Notes: generated by a model from the letters alone, not told the origin. A stretch of DNA of 64,000 nt from Thermoleophilaceae bacterium (GCA_025928265.1 JAICJV010000006.1:7694-71693); one strand, 5' to 3'. Shown: positions 20,135 to 30,200, counted from the stretch's first letter. Numbers and translations are program-made.

Positions 20135-22032
20135 TGACGACCGCCACGTCACTCGCGCTCCGCGGCCGGACCGCGTGGGTCCGCAACCTGGCCGCACCGG
20201 TCCGCGACTTCCTTAGCAACGAGACCGGCGGCGCGGTGGTCATGCTCGGGGCGGCCGTGGTCGCCCTGCTGTGGGCCAACTCGCCGTGGCGCGACACCTA
20301 CGAGTCGTTCTGGACCACGCGCGTGTCGCTCAACATCGGCGACGGCGGCATCGCGCTCGACCTGCGCCATCTCGTGAACCAGGGGCTGATGACGTTCTTC
20401 TTCCTGGTGGTCGGGCTCGAGGCCAAGCGCGAGCTCGACCGCGGCGAGTTGCGCGAGCGCCGCCGCCTCGCGCTCCCCGCGGCTGCGGCGATCGGCGGGA
20501 TGCTCGTGCCCGTCCTGATCTTCACGGCCGCCAACGCCGGCGGCGCGGGCGCGCACGGCTGGGGCGCGGCGATGTCCACCGATACCGCGTTCGCGCTGGG
20601 AGTGCTCGCCCTGATCGCTCCGGGCGGCACGCGGCTGCGGGTGGCGCTGCTCACGGGCGCCGTCGTCGACGACCTCGTGGCGCTGCTCGTGATTGCGACC
20701 GTCTACACGACGCACGTAGAGGTCATGGCGCTGGTGATCGCGGTCGTGCTGTTCGGGGTTCTGCTGGCACTGCGGTTCGCGCCACTCGGGTGGCGCAGCG
20801 GCGCGGCGCTGATCCTCGGCGTGGGCATGTGGGTCGCGCTGTTCAAATCCGGCGTCGACCCGGTCATCACCGGCCTGGCCGTCGGGCTTGTGACCACCGC
20901 CTATCCCGCGCGCCGCGTGGACCTCGAGCGCGTGACCGCGCTCGCGCGCTCGTTCCGCGAGCAACCCACCCCGCAGCTTGCGCGCACCACGCGGTTGGGC
21001 GTCGAGTTGGCGGTGCCCGCCAACGACCGGCTGCAGTACCGGCTGCATCCGTGGACGAGCTACGTGATCGTCCCGCTGTTCGCGCTCTCCAACACCGGCG
21101 TCCACATCACGGGCGACCTGCTGTCGCGCGCTGTCACCTCACCGATAACGATCGGGATCGCGCTCGGCTACGTGATCGGCAAGCCGATCGGCATCGTCGG
21201 CTCGGCGTGGCTGGCATCACGACCGCGACTGGGCGGCGCGCAGCCGGCCGTGAGCTGGCCGGTGCTGAGCGCCGGCAGCACGGTGGCGGGCATCGGCTTC
21301 ACGGTGTCGCTGCTCGTGTCGAGCATCGCGTTCAGCGGCGACCATCTCGCGGAGGCGAAGCTCGGGGTGCTGGCCGCGGCGGTCCTCGCGACGCTGTCGG
21401 GCCTCGTCGCGTTCCGGCTGATCCGCCGGCTCCCGGCGGAGCTGCGCGCCCGCCAGGTGGCCGCCACGCGCGCCGACATCCTCGACCTCTCCGAGGACGT
21501 CGATCCAGAGCGCGATCACATCCGCGGCTCCGACGACGCACCGGTCACGCTCGTCGAGTACGGCGACTACGAGTGCCCCTACTGCGGCCAGGCCGAGATC
21601 GCGATCCGCGAGCTCCTGAGCTCGTTCGGCGACGACCTCCGCTACGTGTGGCGCCACCTGCCGCTGAACGACGTGCACGGCCACGCCGAGCTCGCGGCGG
21701 AGGGCGCCGAGGCAGCGGCGGCGCAGGGGGCGTTCTGGGACATGCACGATCTGCTGCTCGACCACCAGGACGCGCTCGACGGGCGCGACCTCGATCGCTA
21801 CGCGGAGCAGATCGGACTCGACCGCGATCGCTTCTGGAGAGACATCCACGACCACACGGGCGACGAGCGGATCGCCGAGGACGTGGCGAGCGCCGACGCC
21901 AGCGGCGTGACCGGGACGCCCGCGTTCTTCATCAACGGCAGGCGCCACGAGGGTGCGTACGACGTCGACACGCTCAGCGCCGCCGTGCGGTCGAGCCGCT
22001 GGCGCGCCCAGATGCTGCGGTCCGTCGTCTAG
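20134..22032 (+). CDS. nhaA: Na+/H+ antiporter NhaA fused to a C-terminal DsbA-like thioredoxin domain
   Basis: The first about 420 aa form a polytopic NhaA-like body (FFLVVGLE, DDLVA motifs). The C-terminal about 200 aa carry CPYC and a DsbA-like layout. Confidence 0.85.
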   Translation: MTTATSLALRGRTAWVRNLAAPVRDFLSNETGGAVVMLGAAVVALLWANSPWRDTYESFWTTRVSLNIGDGGIALDLRHLVNQGLMTFFFLVVGLEAKRELDRGELRERRRLALPAAAAIGGMLVPVLIFTAANAGGAGAHGWGAAMSTDTAFALGVLALIAPGGTRLRVALLTGAVVDDLVALLVIATVYTTHVEVMALVIAVVLFGVLLALRFAPLGWRSGAALILGVGMWVALFKSGVDPVITGLAVGLVTTAYPARRVDLERVTALARSFREQPTPQLARTTRLGVELAVPANDRLQYRLHPWTSYVIVPLFALSNTGVHITGDLLSRAVTSPITIGIALGYVIGKPIGIVGSAWLASRPRLGGAQPAVSWPVLSAGSTVAGIGFTVSLLVSSIAFSGDHLAEAKLGVLAAAVLATLSGLVAFRLIRRLPAELRARQVAATRADILDLSEDVDPERDHIRGSDDAPVTLVEYGDYECPYCGQAEIAIRELLSSFGDDLRYVWRHLPLNDVHGHAELAAEGAEAAAAQGAFWDMHDLLLDHQDALDGRDLDRYAEQIGLDRDRFWRDIHDHTGDERIAEDVASADASGVTGTPAFFINGRRHEGAYDVDTLSAAVRSSRWRAQMLRSVV

Positions 22033-24341
22033 TAGTGGCGGTGGCGCTTGCGCCGCTTCTTGTGCTTCAGGGTCACTCGCTTGTAGCGCGTCACGGGCGC
22101 ACCGCCGGCGGGCGTGTACGTGATCCGCAGCGTGACCTTCAGCTTCTTCGCCTTCTTCAGGGTCCGGCGCCCCGCGCGCGTGAGCCTGATCTTCAGCTTG
22201 CGCTCGCCCGCATGCTTGAACCTGACCACGCCGCGCGCCAGCACCACCGGCCTGCGCTTGCGGCTGGCGGACGCGAGCTTCGCGTGGCGTCCAGCGGGCA
22301 TGAAGACGCCCGCCTCGACCCGGTCGCCCGCATTCCCGCTCAGCGCGATGGTGATGCCGTCCACGAACTTCTTCAAGTCGCCCATGCCCTTCGCGATGGC
22401 GGCGGCCATCTTCGTCGCCTGCTCGATGGCCACCTCGAAGGCCGCCTGGAGTTCGGCCGCGGAGGGTCCGGTCGTGCCGGTCGCGCCCTGCTGGCCCATC
22501 GTTCCGCCGCCGGGCTGCGGGCTCTCACCGCCGGGGCCGCCGGTATGGCCCCCGTCGCCGGACCCGCCGCCGTTCTGCGAGGCGTCCGAGGGCGAGCCGT
22601 CGTCGGGGGATGACGACGCGTCGACCGTGTAGGTCACGGTCTGCGGTGCCGCGACGTTCCCGGCACCGTCGGTGGCGTGCACTGTGAAGGCGTGGACGCC
22701 CGGCGAGGAGGTATCGACGGCGACTCCGTCCGCGACGTCGCCGTCGCAGCTCGCGACGCCGGACCCGGGACTCGGGTCGTCGCACGAATAGTCGGCGGCA
22801 AGCGGCTGACCCTGTCCATAGTGCGCGCCGTCGGCGGGAGCGCTGATCGCGATCGTCGGGGCGACAGCGTCCGTATGGGACGCGACGAGGCGCGCATAGC
22901 CGTTCGAGTCCGGGGAGTCGGCGATTACCGTCGCCATCCCATCCCCGTCGATCAGTCCGGCCACGTTTTCGTATCCGTATGTCTCAGGCAGCACCTGATC
23001 CACGCCCTGGAACGATCCCCCGGCTGGCCGCACGTCCGCCTTGACGGTGTAGCGATCGGTGAACTGCTCGTCGTCCCAGCGTGAGTGCTGCCACGCCACG
23101 ACGGCGTCACCGGCCGCGTTCATCGAGACGCTCGGCCGACCGGTGAGGCTGTCGTCCAGCGTCTCGCCCGAAGGCCAGCTTGACGCCCCTGCAGCGCGCG
23201 GGGCGGCCTTCAGCACGGAGTTGCCGTCCGGGGTGTACTCGCCCCACGCGACGAGCACATCGCCGGCGTCGTCCTCCGCGAAGTCGATGTTGTCTCCCAC
23301 GCCGGAGAACGAGGAGACGCGATGCACCGGGAGGGCCTGCTCCGCCAGCCAGGAGCCGTCGGCGGCCTGCGTGCGCGACTTGGGCGTGACGGTGTCGAAG
23401 CCGTCATCGTCCGTTCCGCCATCGAGGGTCCACAGCGCGGTTGCGCGACCTGCGGCATCCATCCGCACGTCCAGCTGGTGCCCCTCATTCCAGCTGCGGG
23501 GACCACTCAGCGACTGCGCGGCGGCCCATGTGCCACCGCTCGGCCGCGTCGACGCGAACGCCTCGATGACACTGCCGGGGGTGAGCTTCATCCAGGCGAC
23601 GGCCGCGTCTCCCGCTGCGTCGTCCGTGACCCGCACGTCGAGGAAGCGATCCGGGCTCGTTGTCCTGTCCACGGATGCCAGCTCCGTCTCGGCGCCGAGT
23701 GTGCCGTCGGCCGAGCGTGTGCGGGTCATGATGCTGTCGCTGACCCACGACCCGAAGTGCTTGACCTGGCGGTCCCACGCGATCGTCGCGTTGCCGTCGC
23801 CGTCGACCGCCGCCACCGGGACCGTCGCGTACATGATCTCGTTCGCTGTGAGCGTCTCGTCGGAGATCATCTGCGGAGCGCTCCAACCGCCGCCACCCGG
23901 GCGGAACGCGCCCCAGATCTGGCACACGCCCGTGCTGAACTCGCACTTCGACCACACGGCCGCGGCGTCCCCGCCCGCACCGACCGCGAGGTCCTTGTCG
24001 GGGTGATTCTGGTTCTCGAAGCCCAGCTCGCTGTCGTGCCCGAGCTCGGCAGGCGCCGACCAGCTCGAGCCGTCGAAGTCGTTGCCGAACAGCGACGGTG
24101 GCGTGTTCTCGGTGTTGCTGACGCCGGCCGTGAGCGCGGTGACCCGCCCTCCCGGGTCCACGCCGGCTACCGGATCGGTGCCCCGCTGGGCGGAGGACGC
24201 GGGGGCCGTCACCGGCGGCGCCCACCTCGCGGCGAACGCAGCCTGTGGGGCGACGGCAGCCGCCACGAGCAGGGCTAGGACGAGGGCGCGAACTCGCGAG
24301 CACACGGCGATCCTTTCCGTCGGCGCATTCGACATGCGCAT
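22029..24341 (-). CDS. Large exported repeat protein (propeller-like repeats + Ig-like domain + Gly/Ser/Pro linker + basic C-terminal module)
   Basis: It has a signal peptide (ALVLALLVAAAVAPQAAFA). Seven spaced motifs of type G(D/N)A.(V/I)AW are present. A Cys-containing Ig-like segment (YSCDDPSPGSGVASCDG...FTVHATDGAGN) follows. The tail ends KHKKRRKRHRHY. Confidence 0.7.
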   Translation of the reverse strand: MRMSNAPTERIAVCSRVRALVLALLVAAAVAPQAAFAARWAPPVTAPASSAQRGTDPVAGVDPGGRVTALTAGVSNTENTPPSLFGNDFDGSSWSAPAELGHDSELGFENQNHPDKDLAVGAGGDAAAVWSKCEFSTGVCQIWGAFRPGGGGWSAPQMISDETLTANEIMYATVPVAAVDGDGNATIAWDRQVKHFGSWVSDSIMTRTRSADGTLGAETELASVDRTTSPDRFLDVRVTDDAAGDAAVAWMKLTPGSVIEAFASTRPSGGTWAAAQSLSGPRSWNEGHQLDVRMDAAGRATALWTLDGGTDDDGFDTVTPKSRTQAADGSWLAEQALPVHRVSSFSGVGDNIDFAEDDAGDVLVAWGEYTPDGNSVLKAAPRAAGASSWPSGETLDDSLTGRPSVSMNAAGDAVVAWQHSRWDDEQFTDRYTVKADVRPAGGSFQGVDQVLPETYGYENVAGLIDGDGMATVIADSPDSNGYARLVASHTDAVAPTIAISAPADGAHYGQGQPLAADYSCDDPSPGSGVASCDGDVADGVAVDTSSPGVHAFTVHATDGAGNVAAPQTVTYTVDASSSPDDGSPSDASQNGGGSGDGGHTGGPGGESPQPGGGTMGQQGATGTTGPSAAELQAAFEVAIEQATKMAAAIAKGMGDLKKFVDGITIALSGNAGDRVEAGVFMPAGRHAKLASASRKRRPVVLARGVVRFKHAGERKLKIRLTRAGRRTLKKAKKLKVTLRITYTPAGGAPVTRYKRVTLKHKKRRKRHRHY

Positions 24342-24467
24342 CGACCGTACGCCGTGCCGCGGCCGCTCGCCCTAGGCCCCCCCTCTAGTCTTTTCGGCGA
24401 CATCGCTTGTGCATACGTGCCAAAGAAATTGCTTATCAAGCGATGCACGCCCTTATCTGGGCTTGGT

Positions 24468-27341
24468 TTGGCAATTGAGGACGCAGAAGTCGCCGCGCGC
24501 GTCGAGGACGAGCCGCCGCGGGATCTCCATGAGCGCGAGCGCGAGCTCGGCCTGCTCGCGGACGCCCTCCAGTCGGCGCGGGCGGGCAGCGGCCGGGTGG
24601 TAGTGCTCGAGGGACACGCGGGCGTCGGCAAGTCGAAGCTGCTCGACGCCACGCGTGGTCTCGCGGCGGAGCTCGAGATGGACGTCCTCGCCGCGCGCGG
24701 GAGCGAGCTCGAGCACGACTTCGCGTTCGGCGTCGTACGTCAGCTGATCGAGCCGCGACTCGCTGCGGCGGGCGCCGACGAGCCCGCGGCGCTGCTCGAG
24801 GGCGCCGCCGCCCTGGCTCGTCCCCTGCTGGACCAGACCGTCGACGCGGGCGTGGAGGACCGCTCGCCATCGCTCGTGCACGGCCTCCACTGGCTCGTCT
24901 CGAATCTGGCGGAGCGCGCGCCGCTCGTGATGCTCGTCGACGACCTCCATTGGTGCGACGCGCCGTCGCTCCGGTTCCTTCTCTACGTGGCGCGTCGGAT
25001 CGACGACCTGCCCGTGGCGATCGTGGCTGCGGCTCGCCCCGGCGAATCAGCGCACACGCAGGCTCCGCTCACATCGCTCGCAGCCGAGCGCGCGGCGGCG
25101 GTCGCGGCCGTCGCGCCGCTGTCGCTGGACGCGGTGGCCGCAATCGTCCGCTCGCAGGGGTTCGGACGAGCCGGCGCGGAGTTCGCAGAGGCGTGCCACC
25201 GCCTGACAGGAGGCAATCCGTTCCTGCTCGTCGAGCTGCTGCACTCGCTGGCGGCCGAGGACGTCGGGCGGGGCCCCGAGGCGACCCTGGCGCTCGAGCG
25301 CCTCGTGCCCGAAACGATCCTGCGCACGGTCGTCGCGCGGCTCGCACGGTTGCCGGAAGACGCCCTGGCGCTGGCCCGCGCCACCGCCGTCCTCGCCGAG
25401 AACGCGCGCCTGGCGGATGCGGCCGAGGTCTCAGGACTCGACGTGGCCGCGGCCTCGCGAGCCGCCGACGCGCTCGCCGCCGTCGATCTTCTGCGATCCG
25501 GCCTTCCGCTCGCGTTCGCTCACCCCCTGATCGCCACCTCGGTGCACTCCGACATACCGCCCGCCGCGCGCGCGCTTCTGCATGCACGGGCCGCAGCGGT
25601 CCTCGAGCGCCGCGACGCGCCGATCGAGCAGGTGGCCGTTCACGTGCTCGAGAGCCCGCGCAGCGGCGATCCGCATGCGGTGGACACGCTGCGCGAGGCG
25701 GCCCGGCGCTCGCGGGTCCAGGGTGCGCCGGAGTCCGCGGCGGCCTTTCTCGTACGCGCGCTCGAGGAGCCGCCGCGCGCGGCAGAGCGGGCGGACGTGC
25801 TACGCGAGCTCGGGGCGGTCGAGGCGATCACAGGTGCTCCCACGGCCACCGCGCGGTTCGAGGAGGCGCTGGCGCTCGAGCGCGACCCTCGCCGGCGAGC
25901 GAGAACCCTGCAGGGGCTCGCGCGGGCGCTGTACGCGCAAGGCCGGCTCGCGGGCGCATGTGCGCAGCTCGAGCGCGGCCTCGACGAGCTCGGCGACCAC
26001 GACGCCGAGCTCGAACTCGAGCTGCGCGCCGAGTACGGGCACGTCGCGACGCTCGATCCCGCCCTGCTTCAGACGCTCGAGACGCCGCCCGGCGACCTGC
26101 CGCCGCCGCGCACCGAGATGAAGCTCGCCGAGCGGGCGTGGCTCGCCCAGACCGCCCTCCTCATGGCGTTTGCCGCGGCGCCCCGCGACCAGGCGATCGC
26201 GATCGCGGAACGCGCCTACGGCGGCGGCGCGCTGCTCGAGCAGGAGACCGCCGACGGCACCGCGATATACGCCGTGACCATGGTCCTGTCGGGAGCAGGG
26301 CGGTACGAGCAGATCGACCGCATCTTCAGCGACGCGATCGACGAGGCGCGGCGGCGCGGCTCGGTGATGGGCTTCGCCACGGCGAGCTTCTGCCGCGCGT
26401 ACTGCCGCTACCTGACCGGCAGCATCACGGACGCCCGCGCCGACCTCGAGCGCGCCCTCGACGCGCGGCGCTACGGATGGGAGCAGTATCTGCCGACAGC
26501 GCTCGCGCTCAGCATCCACCTCGCCGTCGAGGACGACCGTCTGGACGACGCCGAGCAGGTGGCAGGCGGAGTAGACGATCGCGACGCCGCGGCGCTGACG
26601 TGGGGTCCGTTCTTCGGCGCGCGCGGGCGGCTGCGACTCCTGCAGGGCCGCGTCGAGGCGGCACGCGACGATTTCCTTGCGTGGCAGCGGCTCACCGGAG
26701 TGGCCGAGAACCCCGCCGTGTACAACGAGTGGCGCTCCTCACTGGCCCTTGCGCTCGCACGCCTCGGCCAACGCGAGGAGGCTTGTCGCCTCGCCGCCGA
26801 GGAGGTGGCAGTCGCGCGTCGCTGGGGGGCCCCGCGCCCGATCGGGGTGGCACTGCGCGGCCTGGGCCTCGTAGCCGCGGACCCCGGCGAGCGGCTCGCG
26901 CACCTCCAGGCCAGCGTCGACGTGCTCGACGGCTCCGAGGGGCGGCTCGACCTGTGCACGTCCCAGGTCGAGCTGGGTGCCGCTCTGCGCCGCGCCGGGC
27001 AGCGTTCGGACGCGCGCGAGCGGCTCCTGCTCGCGCTCGGCCTCGCGCAGGCGATCGGCAGTCGCGCGCTCGCCCGGCGTGCTGAGGAGGAGCTGCGGGC
27101 GGCGGGCGCACGGCTGCGCCGGCGCGCGCGCAGCGGCGTCGACTCGCTCACCCCGAGCGAGCTGCGCGTGGCCGAGATGGCGGCGGCCGGCATGACGAAC
27201 CGCGAGATCGCGGAGGCACTCTTCGTCACGGTCAAAGCGGTGCAGTGGCACCTCCGGCACGTCTACCAGAAGCTCGACGCAAGCTCGCGTGAGGAGCTTC
27301 CAGCCGCGCTGGCGGCACCCGCCGGCGTGTCAGCCCGTTAG
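24468..27341 (+). CDS. LAL-type (large ATP-binding LuxR family, MalT-like) transcriptional regulator
   Basis: It has the Walker A motif GHAGVGKSKL, a long helical/TPR-like middle and a C-terminal LuxR HTH (LTPSELRVAEMAAAGMTNREIAEALFVTVKAVQWHL). The start is uncertain. I prefer the TTG at 24468 after an AT-richer promoter-like stretch. The longest ORF starts at GTG 24354, only 12 nt from the divergent gene. Confidence 0.85.
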   Translation: MAIEDAEVAARVEDEPPRDLHERERELGLLADALQSARAGSGRVVVLEGHAGVGKSKLLDATRGLAAELEMDVLAARGSELEHDFAFGVVRQLIEPRLAAAGADEPAALLEGAAALARPLLDQTVDAGVEDRSPSLVHGLHWLVSNLAERAPLVMLVDDLHWCDAPSLRFLLYVARRIDDLPVAIVAAARPGESAHTQAPLTSLAAERAAAVAAVAPLSLDAVAAIVRSQGFGRAGAEFAEACHRLTGGNPFLLVELLHSLAAEDVGRGPEATLALERLVPETILRTVVARLARLPEDALALARATAVLAENARLADAAEVSGLDVAAASRAADALAAVDLLRSGLPLAFAHPLIATSVHSDIPPAARALLHARAAAVLERRDAPIEQVAVHVLESPRSGDPHAVDTLREAARRSRVQGAPESAAAFLVRALEEPPRAAERADVLRELGAVEAITGAPTATARFEEALALERDPRRRARTLQGLARALYAQGRLAGACAQLERGLDELGDHDAELELELRAEYGHVATLDPALLQTLETPPGDLPPPRTEMKLAERAWLAQTALLMAFAAAPRDQAIAIAERAYGGGALLEQETADGTAIYAVTMVLSGAGRYEQIDRIFSDAIDEARRRGSVMGFATASFCRAYCRYLTGSITDARADLERALDARRYGWEQYLPTALALSIHLAVEDDRLDDAEQVAGGVDDRDAAALTWGPFFGARGRLRLLQGRVEAARDDFLAWQRLTGVAENPAVYNEWRSSLALALARLGQREEACRLAAEEVAVARRWGAPRPIGVALRGLGLVAADPGERLAHLQASVDVLDGSEGRLDLCTSQVELGAALRRAGQRSDARERLLLALGLAQAIGSRALARRAEEELRAAGARLRRRARSGVDSLTPSELRVAEMAAAGMTNREIAEALFVTVKAVQWHLRHVYQKLDASSREELPAALAAPAGVSAR

Positions 27342-28297
27342 AGCGCCGGCAGGAGCACGTGCATGCGCACGACGCTCCCGTCCTTGTCCGAGCGGACCTG
27401 CACGAGGTCGCAGACCTGGTGCGCCAGCCACAGCCCGTGCCCGCCGGCGATCGATCCGCTCGGCCGGACCCGCCCGAGGGTGGGGTCGTCGATCACGCCG
27501 CGGTCGCGCACCTCGCATACGAGTGCGACGTCGTTGATCCACGTCCGCAGCCGGCCGGTCCCTCCGCCATACCGGATGCTGTTTGTGGCCGCCTCGTTCA
27601 CGGCCATCACGAGATCGTCGGCGCGGGCCACCGGCAGGTGTGCGACCTCGGCCTGATCCCGCACGAAGCGCCGCAACAGGGCCAGCGAGCCCACGTCGAA
27701 CACCGTCTCGTTCGTGCGCGCATCGGGGCGCGGGAGTCGCGCGTGGTGATGCTCATGCGCCCGCGACGGCATGTACTCCCGCGACTCCCTGAGCTCGTCG
27801 CCGTCCGCTATCAGCGGGTGCGTGCGGCGCGCCTCCTCGATCACCGTGGCGGGCAGCGCCTCGGTGTCGTACGAGCACGCGAGACGGAGGCCGGCGACGC
27901 CCCCGAACGCGAGGTTGACGAGCGATTCGTGGTGATGGCACTCGAGCAGCTCCTCGCGCCCGCGGCCGTCCCAGATCGGCTCGCCGATGCCGCGCATGGG
28001 CCCGCCCGCGTTCTCCGCGGCGAAGTCGCTCCAGCGCGAGATGATGCGGCCGGGATTGCGCCCGGCCTCGGCCATGTCGACGAACTCCACCGGCGCGGCC
28101 TCGCGGTCGAGCTCGTCGTGGAGCGCGTCGATCTTGTCGCCGCGCACCATCACGAGCACCGGCTCCTCGCGCGCTATGCCGGCGCGGATGAACGCCGCGT
28201 TGCGCTGCACGAAGTCGCGCGGTCCTGCGTAGAAGAGAGCTTCGTGGCTGAAGCCGGCGGTGGTGATTGGGGTGCTCCGCGACCGGGGTTGTGTCAA
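27338..28297 (-). CDS. MEDS-domain protein fused to RsbW-like anti-sigma/HATPase domain
   Basis: The N-terminus FSHEALFYAGPRDFV...EPVLVM is MEDS-like. The C-terminus LAVNEAATNSIRYGGG...GHGLWLAHQVCDLV resembles a serine-kinase anti-sigma ATPase fold. Confidence 0.75.
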   Translation of the reverse strand: MTQPRSRSTPITTAGFSHEALFYAGPRDFVQRNAAFIRAGIAREEPVLVMVRGDKIDALHDELDREAAPVEFVDMAEAGRNPGRIISRWSDFAAENAGGPMRGIGEPIWDGRGREELLECHHHESLVNLAFGGVAGLRLACSYDTEALPATVIEEARRTHPLIADGDELRESREYMPSRAHEHHHARLPRPDARTNETVFDVGSLALLRRFVRDQAEVAHLPVARADDLVMAVNEAATNSIRYGGGTGRLRTWINDVALVCEVRDRGVIDDPTLGRVRPSGSIAGGHGLWLAHQVCDLVQVRSDKDGSVVRMHVLLPAL

Positions 28298-28359
28298 ACG
28301 TTACGCCCGCCGCGACGTGCTGACCACCGCCGGTACGAGCGCGGACGCGCCATCAGAAC

Positions 28360-30153
28360 CTAACGGTTGGACCACTCGCTGCTGCGCGCGCGGGCGGCGT
28401 GGCGCATGATGTCGCGCGCGGCGGGGTCCCCCTTGAGAAACGCGCGGGTCATGTTGCGCACGGTCTCGAAGCGCAGCTGAGGAGGCATCGGGGGCACGCT
28501 CGGGTCCGTGAGCACGTCCAGGACCACCGGGCCGTCATGCGCGAGCGCCTCCTCCCACGCGGGCCGAACCGCGCCCGGTTCCTCGACGCGGATGCCGTGC
28601 AGTCCGAGCGAGCGCGCGAACGCCGCGAAGTCGAACGCCGGCAGCGTCTGCGACACCTCGTAACGGGGGTCGCCCGCCATCGCCCGCTGCTCCCAGGTGA
28701 CCTCGTTCAGGTCGCCGTTGTTCAGGACCGCGATCACGCAGGTGCCGTTGGGCCAGCGGTCGGCGTAGAAGGCGATGTCGATCAGCGCGTTGATGCCGAT
28801 CATCTGCATCGCGCCGTCGCCCACGAAGGCGATCACCGGGCGGTCGGGATGGGCGAACTTGGCGGCGAGCGCGTACGGCACCGCACAGCCCATCGTGGCG
28901 AGCGTTCCCGAGATGCCGGCCATCATCCCCTTGCGCAGCTTGAGGTGGCGCGCCCACCAGTTGGCCGACGTGCCGGAGTCGGCGGTGGTGATGCAGAGCT
29001 CCGGCAGGATGTCCGACACGTCCTGGAAGACGCGCTGGGGATTGATCGGGTTGCCCGGCAGCATCGCCCGCTCCTGAAGAACCCGCCACCCAGCGGTTAC
29101 CGACTTCTCGATCTTCTCGCGCCACGAGCGGTCGGTCTTGCGCTCGAGCAGCGGCAGCAGCGCGCGCAGCGTGTGCGCCGCATCGCCGACGAGGTTCACC
29201 TCCATCGGGTAGCGCATGCCGATGTGGCGGCCGTCGACGTCGATCTGCACGCCGCGCGCCTGACCCTCGGAGGGCAGCCAGTCGGCGAATGGGACGTTGG
29301 ACCCCACCATCAGGAGCGTGTCGCAGTCGGCCATCAGGTCGCTGGAGGCCTTCGTGCCCAGCAGACCGATGGCGCCGGTCACGAACGGCAGGTCGTCGGG
29401 CAGCGCCGCGCGGCCGTTCAGCGCCTTCGCCACCCCGGCGCCGAGCGCGTCCGCCACCGCGACCACCTCGTCCTGCGCCCCGATCGCCCCCTGGCCGATG
29501 AGGATGGCCGCGCGCGAGCCCGCGTTCAAGGCATCTGCCGCGCGCTGGAGGTCGTGCGCCTCGGGCACCGCCGCGGGCATGCTGATCCCCGCTGAGGAGA
29601 ACACCGAGCCGTGCGACTTGGGCGGGTCCGCGGCGTCGGCGTGCTGGACGTCGACCGGGACCACGATGCAGGCCACGCCGCGGGTGGCGATGGCGGCGCG
29701 CATCGCGTGGTCCACCAGATGACGCGCCTGCTCCGGCGCCATGCACGTCTGCACGAACTCGCTCACGTCGCCCAGCAGCGTGTGCAGGTCCACCTCCTGC
29801 AGCCAGTCGGAGCCGAGCGAGACCGTCTGCTGCTGGCCGACGAGAGCGACGACCGGCCGGTGATCGAGCTTGGCGTCGTACAGGCCGTTGAGCAGTTGCA
29901 CCGCGCCCGGCCCGGAGGTCGCGATGCACGCGCCCACTTCGCCCGTGAACTTCGAGTGTGCGCACGCCGCGTAGGAGGCGATCGTCTCGTGGCGAACCTG
30001 GACGAACTCCGGTTTGCCGCCGAGCTCCTGGAAGGCGCCCATGAAGCCGCTGATCCCGTCGCCCGGATAGCCGTAGAAGCGGCCGATGCCCCAGTCCTCC
30101 TGGAGGCGACTGAGCATGAACTCGGCTACGGACTCGGCCATGACCGTAACCAT
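28360..30153 (-). CDS. Thiamine-diphosphate enzyme, pyruvate oxidase / pyruvate dehydrogenase (quinone) PoxB-like
   Basis: It has the three-domain TPP enzyme layout and the TPP-binding motif GDGAMQM...NNGDLN. The start may be ATG 30153 or ATG 30141. Confidence 0.85.
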   Translation of the reverse strand: MVTVMAESVAEFMLSRLQEDWGIGRFYGYPGDGISGFMGAFQELGGKPEFVQVRHETIASYAACAHSKFTGEVGACIATSGPGAVQLLNGLYDAKLDHRPVVALVGQQQTVSLGSDWLQEVDLHTLLGDVSEFVQTCMAPEQARHLVDHAMRAAIATRGVACIVVPVDVQHADAADPPKSHGSVFSSAGISMPAAVPEAHDLQRAADALNAGSRAAILIGQGAIGAQDEVVAVADALGAGVAKALNGRAALPDDLPFVTGAIGLLGTKASSDLMADCDTLLMVGSNVPFADWLPSEGQARGVQIDVDGRHIGMRYPMEVNLVGDAAHTLRALLPLLERKTDRSWREKIEKSVTAGWRVLQERAMLPGNPINPQRVFQDVSDILPELCITTADSGTSANWWARHLKLRKGMMAGISGTLATMGCAVPYALAAKFAHPDRPVIAFVGDGAMQMIGINALIDIAFYADRWPNGTCVIAVLNNGDLNEVTWEQRAMAGDPRYEVSQTLPAFDFAAFARSLGLHGIRVEEPGAVRPAWEEALAHDGPVVLDVLTDPSVPPMPPQLRFETVRNMTRAFLKGDPAARDIMRHAARARSSEWSNR

Positions 30154-30200
30154 TCCCGATTGTCCGTGTTAGTTCTAATAACCCCTATCGAAAGGACGGT

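Noticed and set aside
24354-24467. A GTG at 24354 as the start of the LAL regulator (the longest ORF).
   Set aside because: It would leave only 12 nt to the divergent gene start at 24341. It would also make the AT-richer, promoter-like stretch 24400-24470 coding. The TTG at 24468 gives a normal-length N-terminus before the Walker A motif. This remains unproven.
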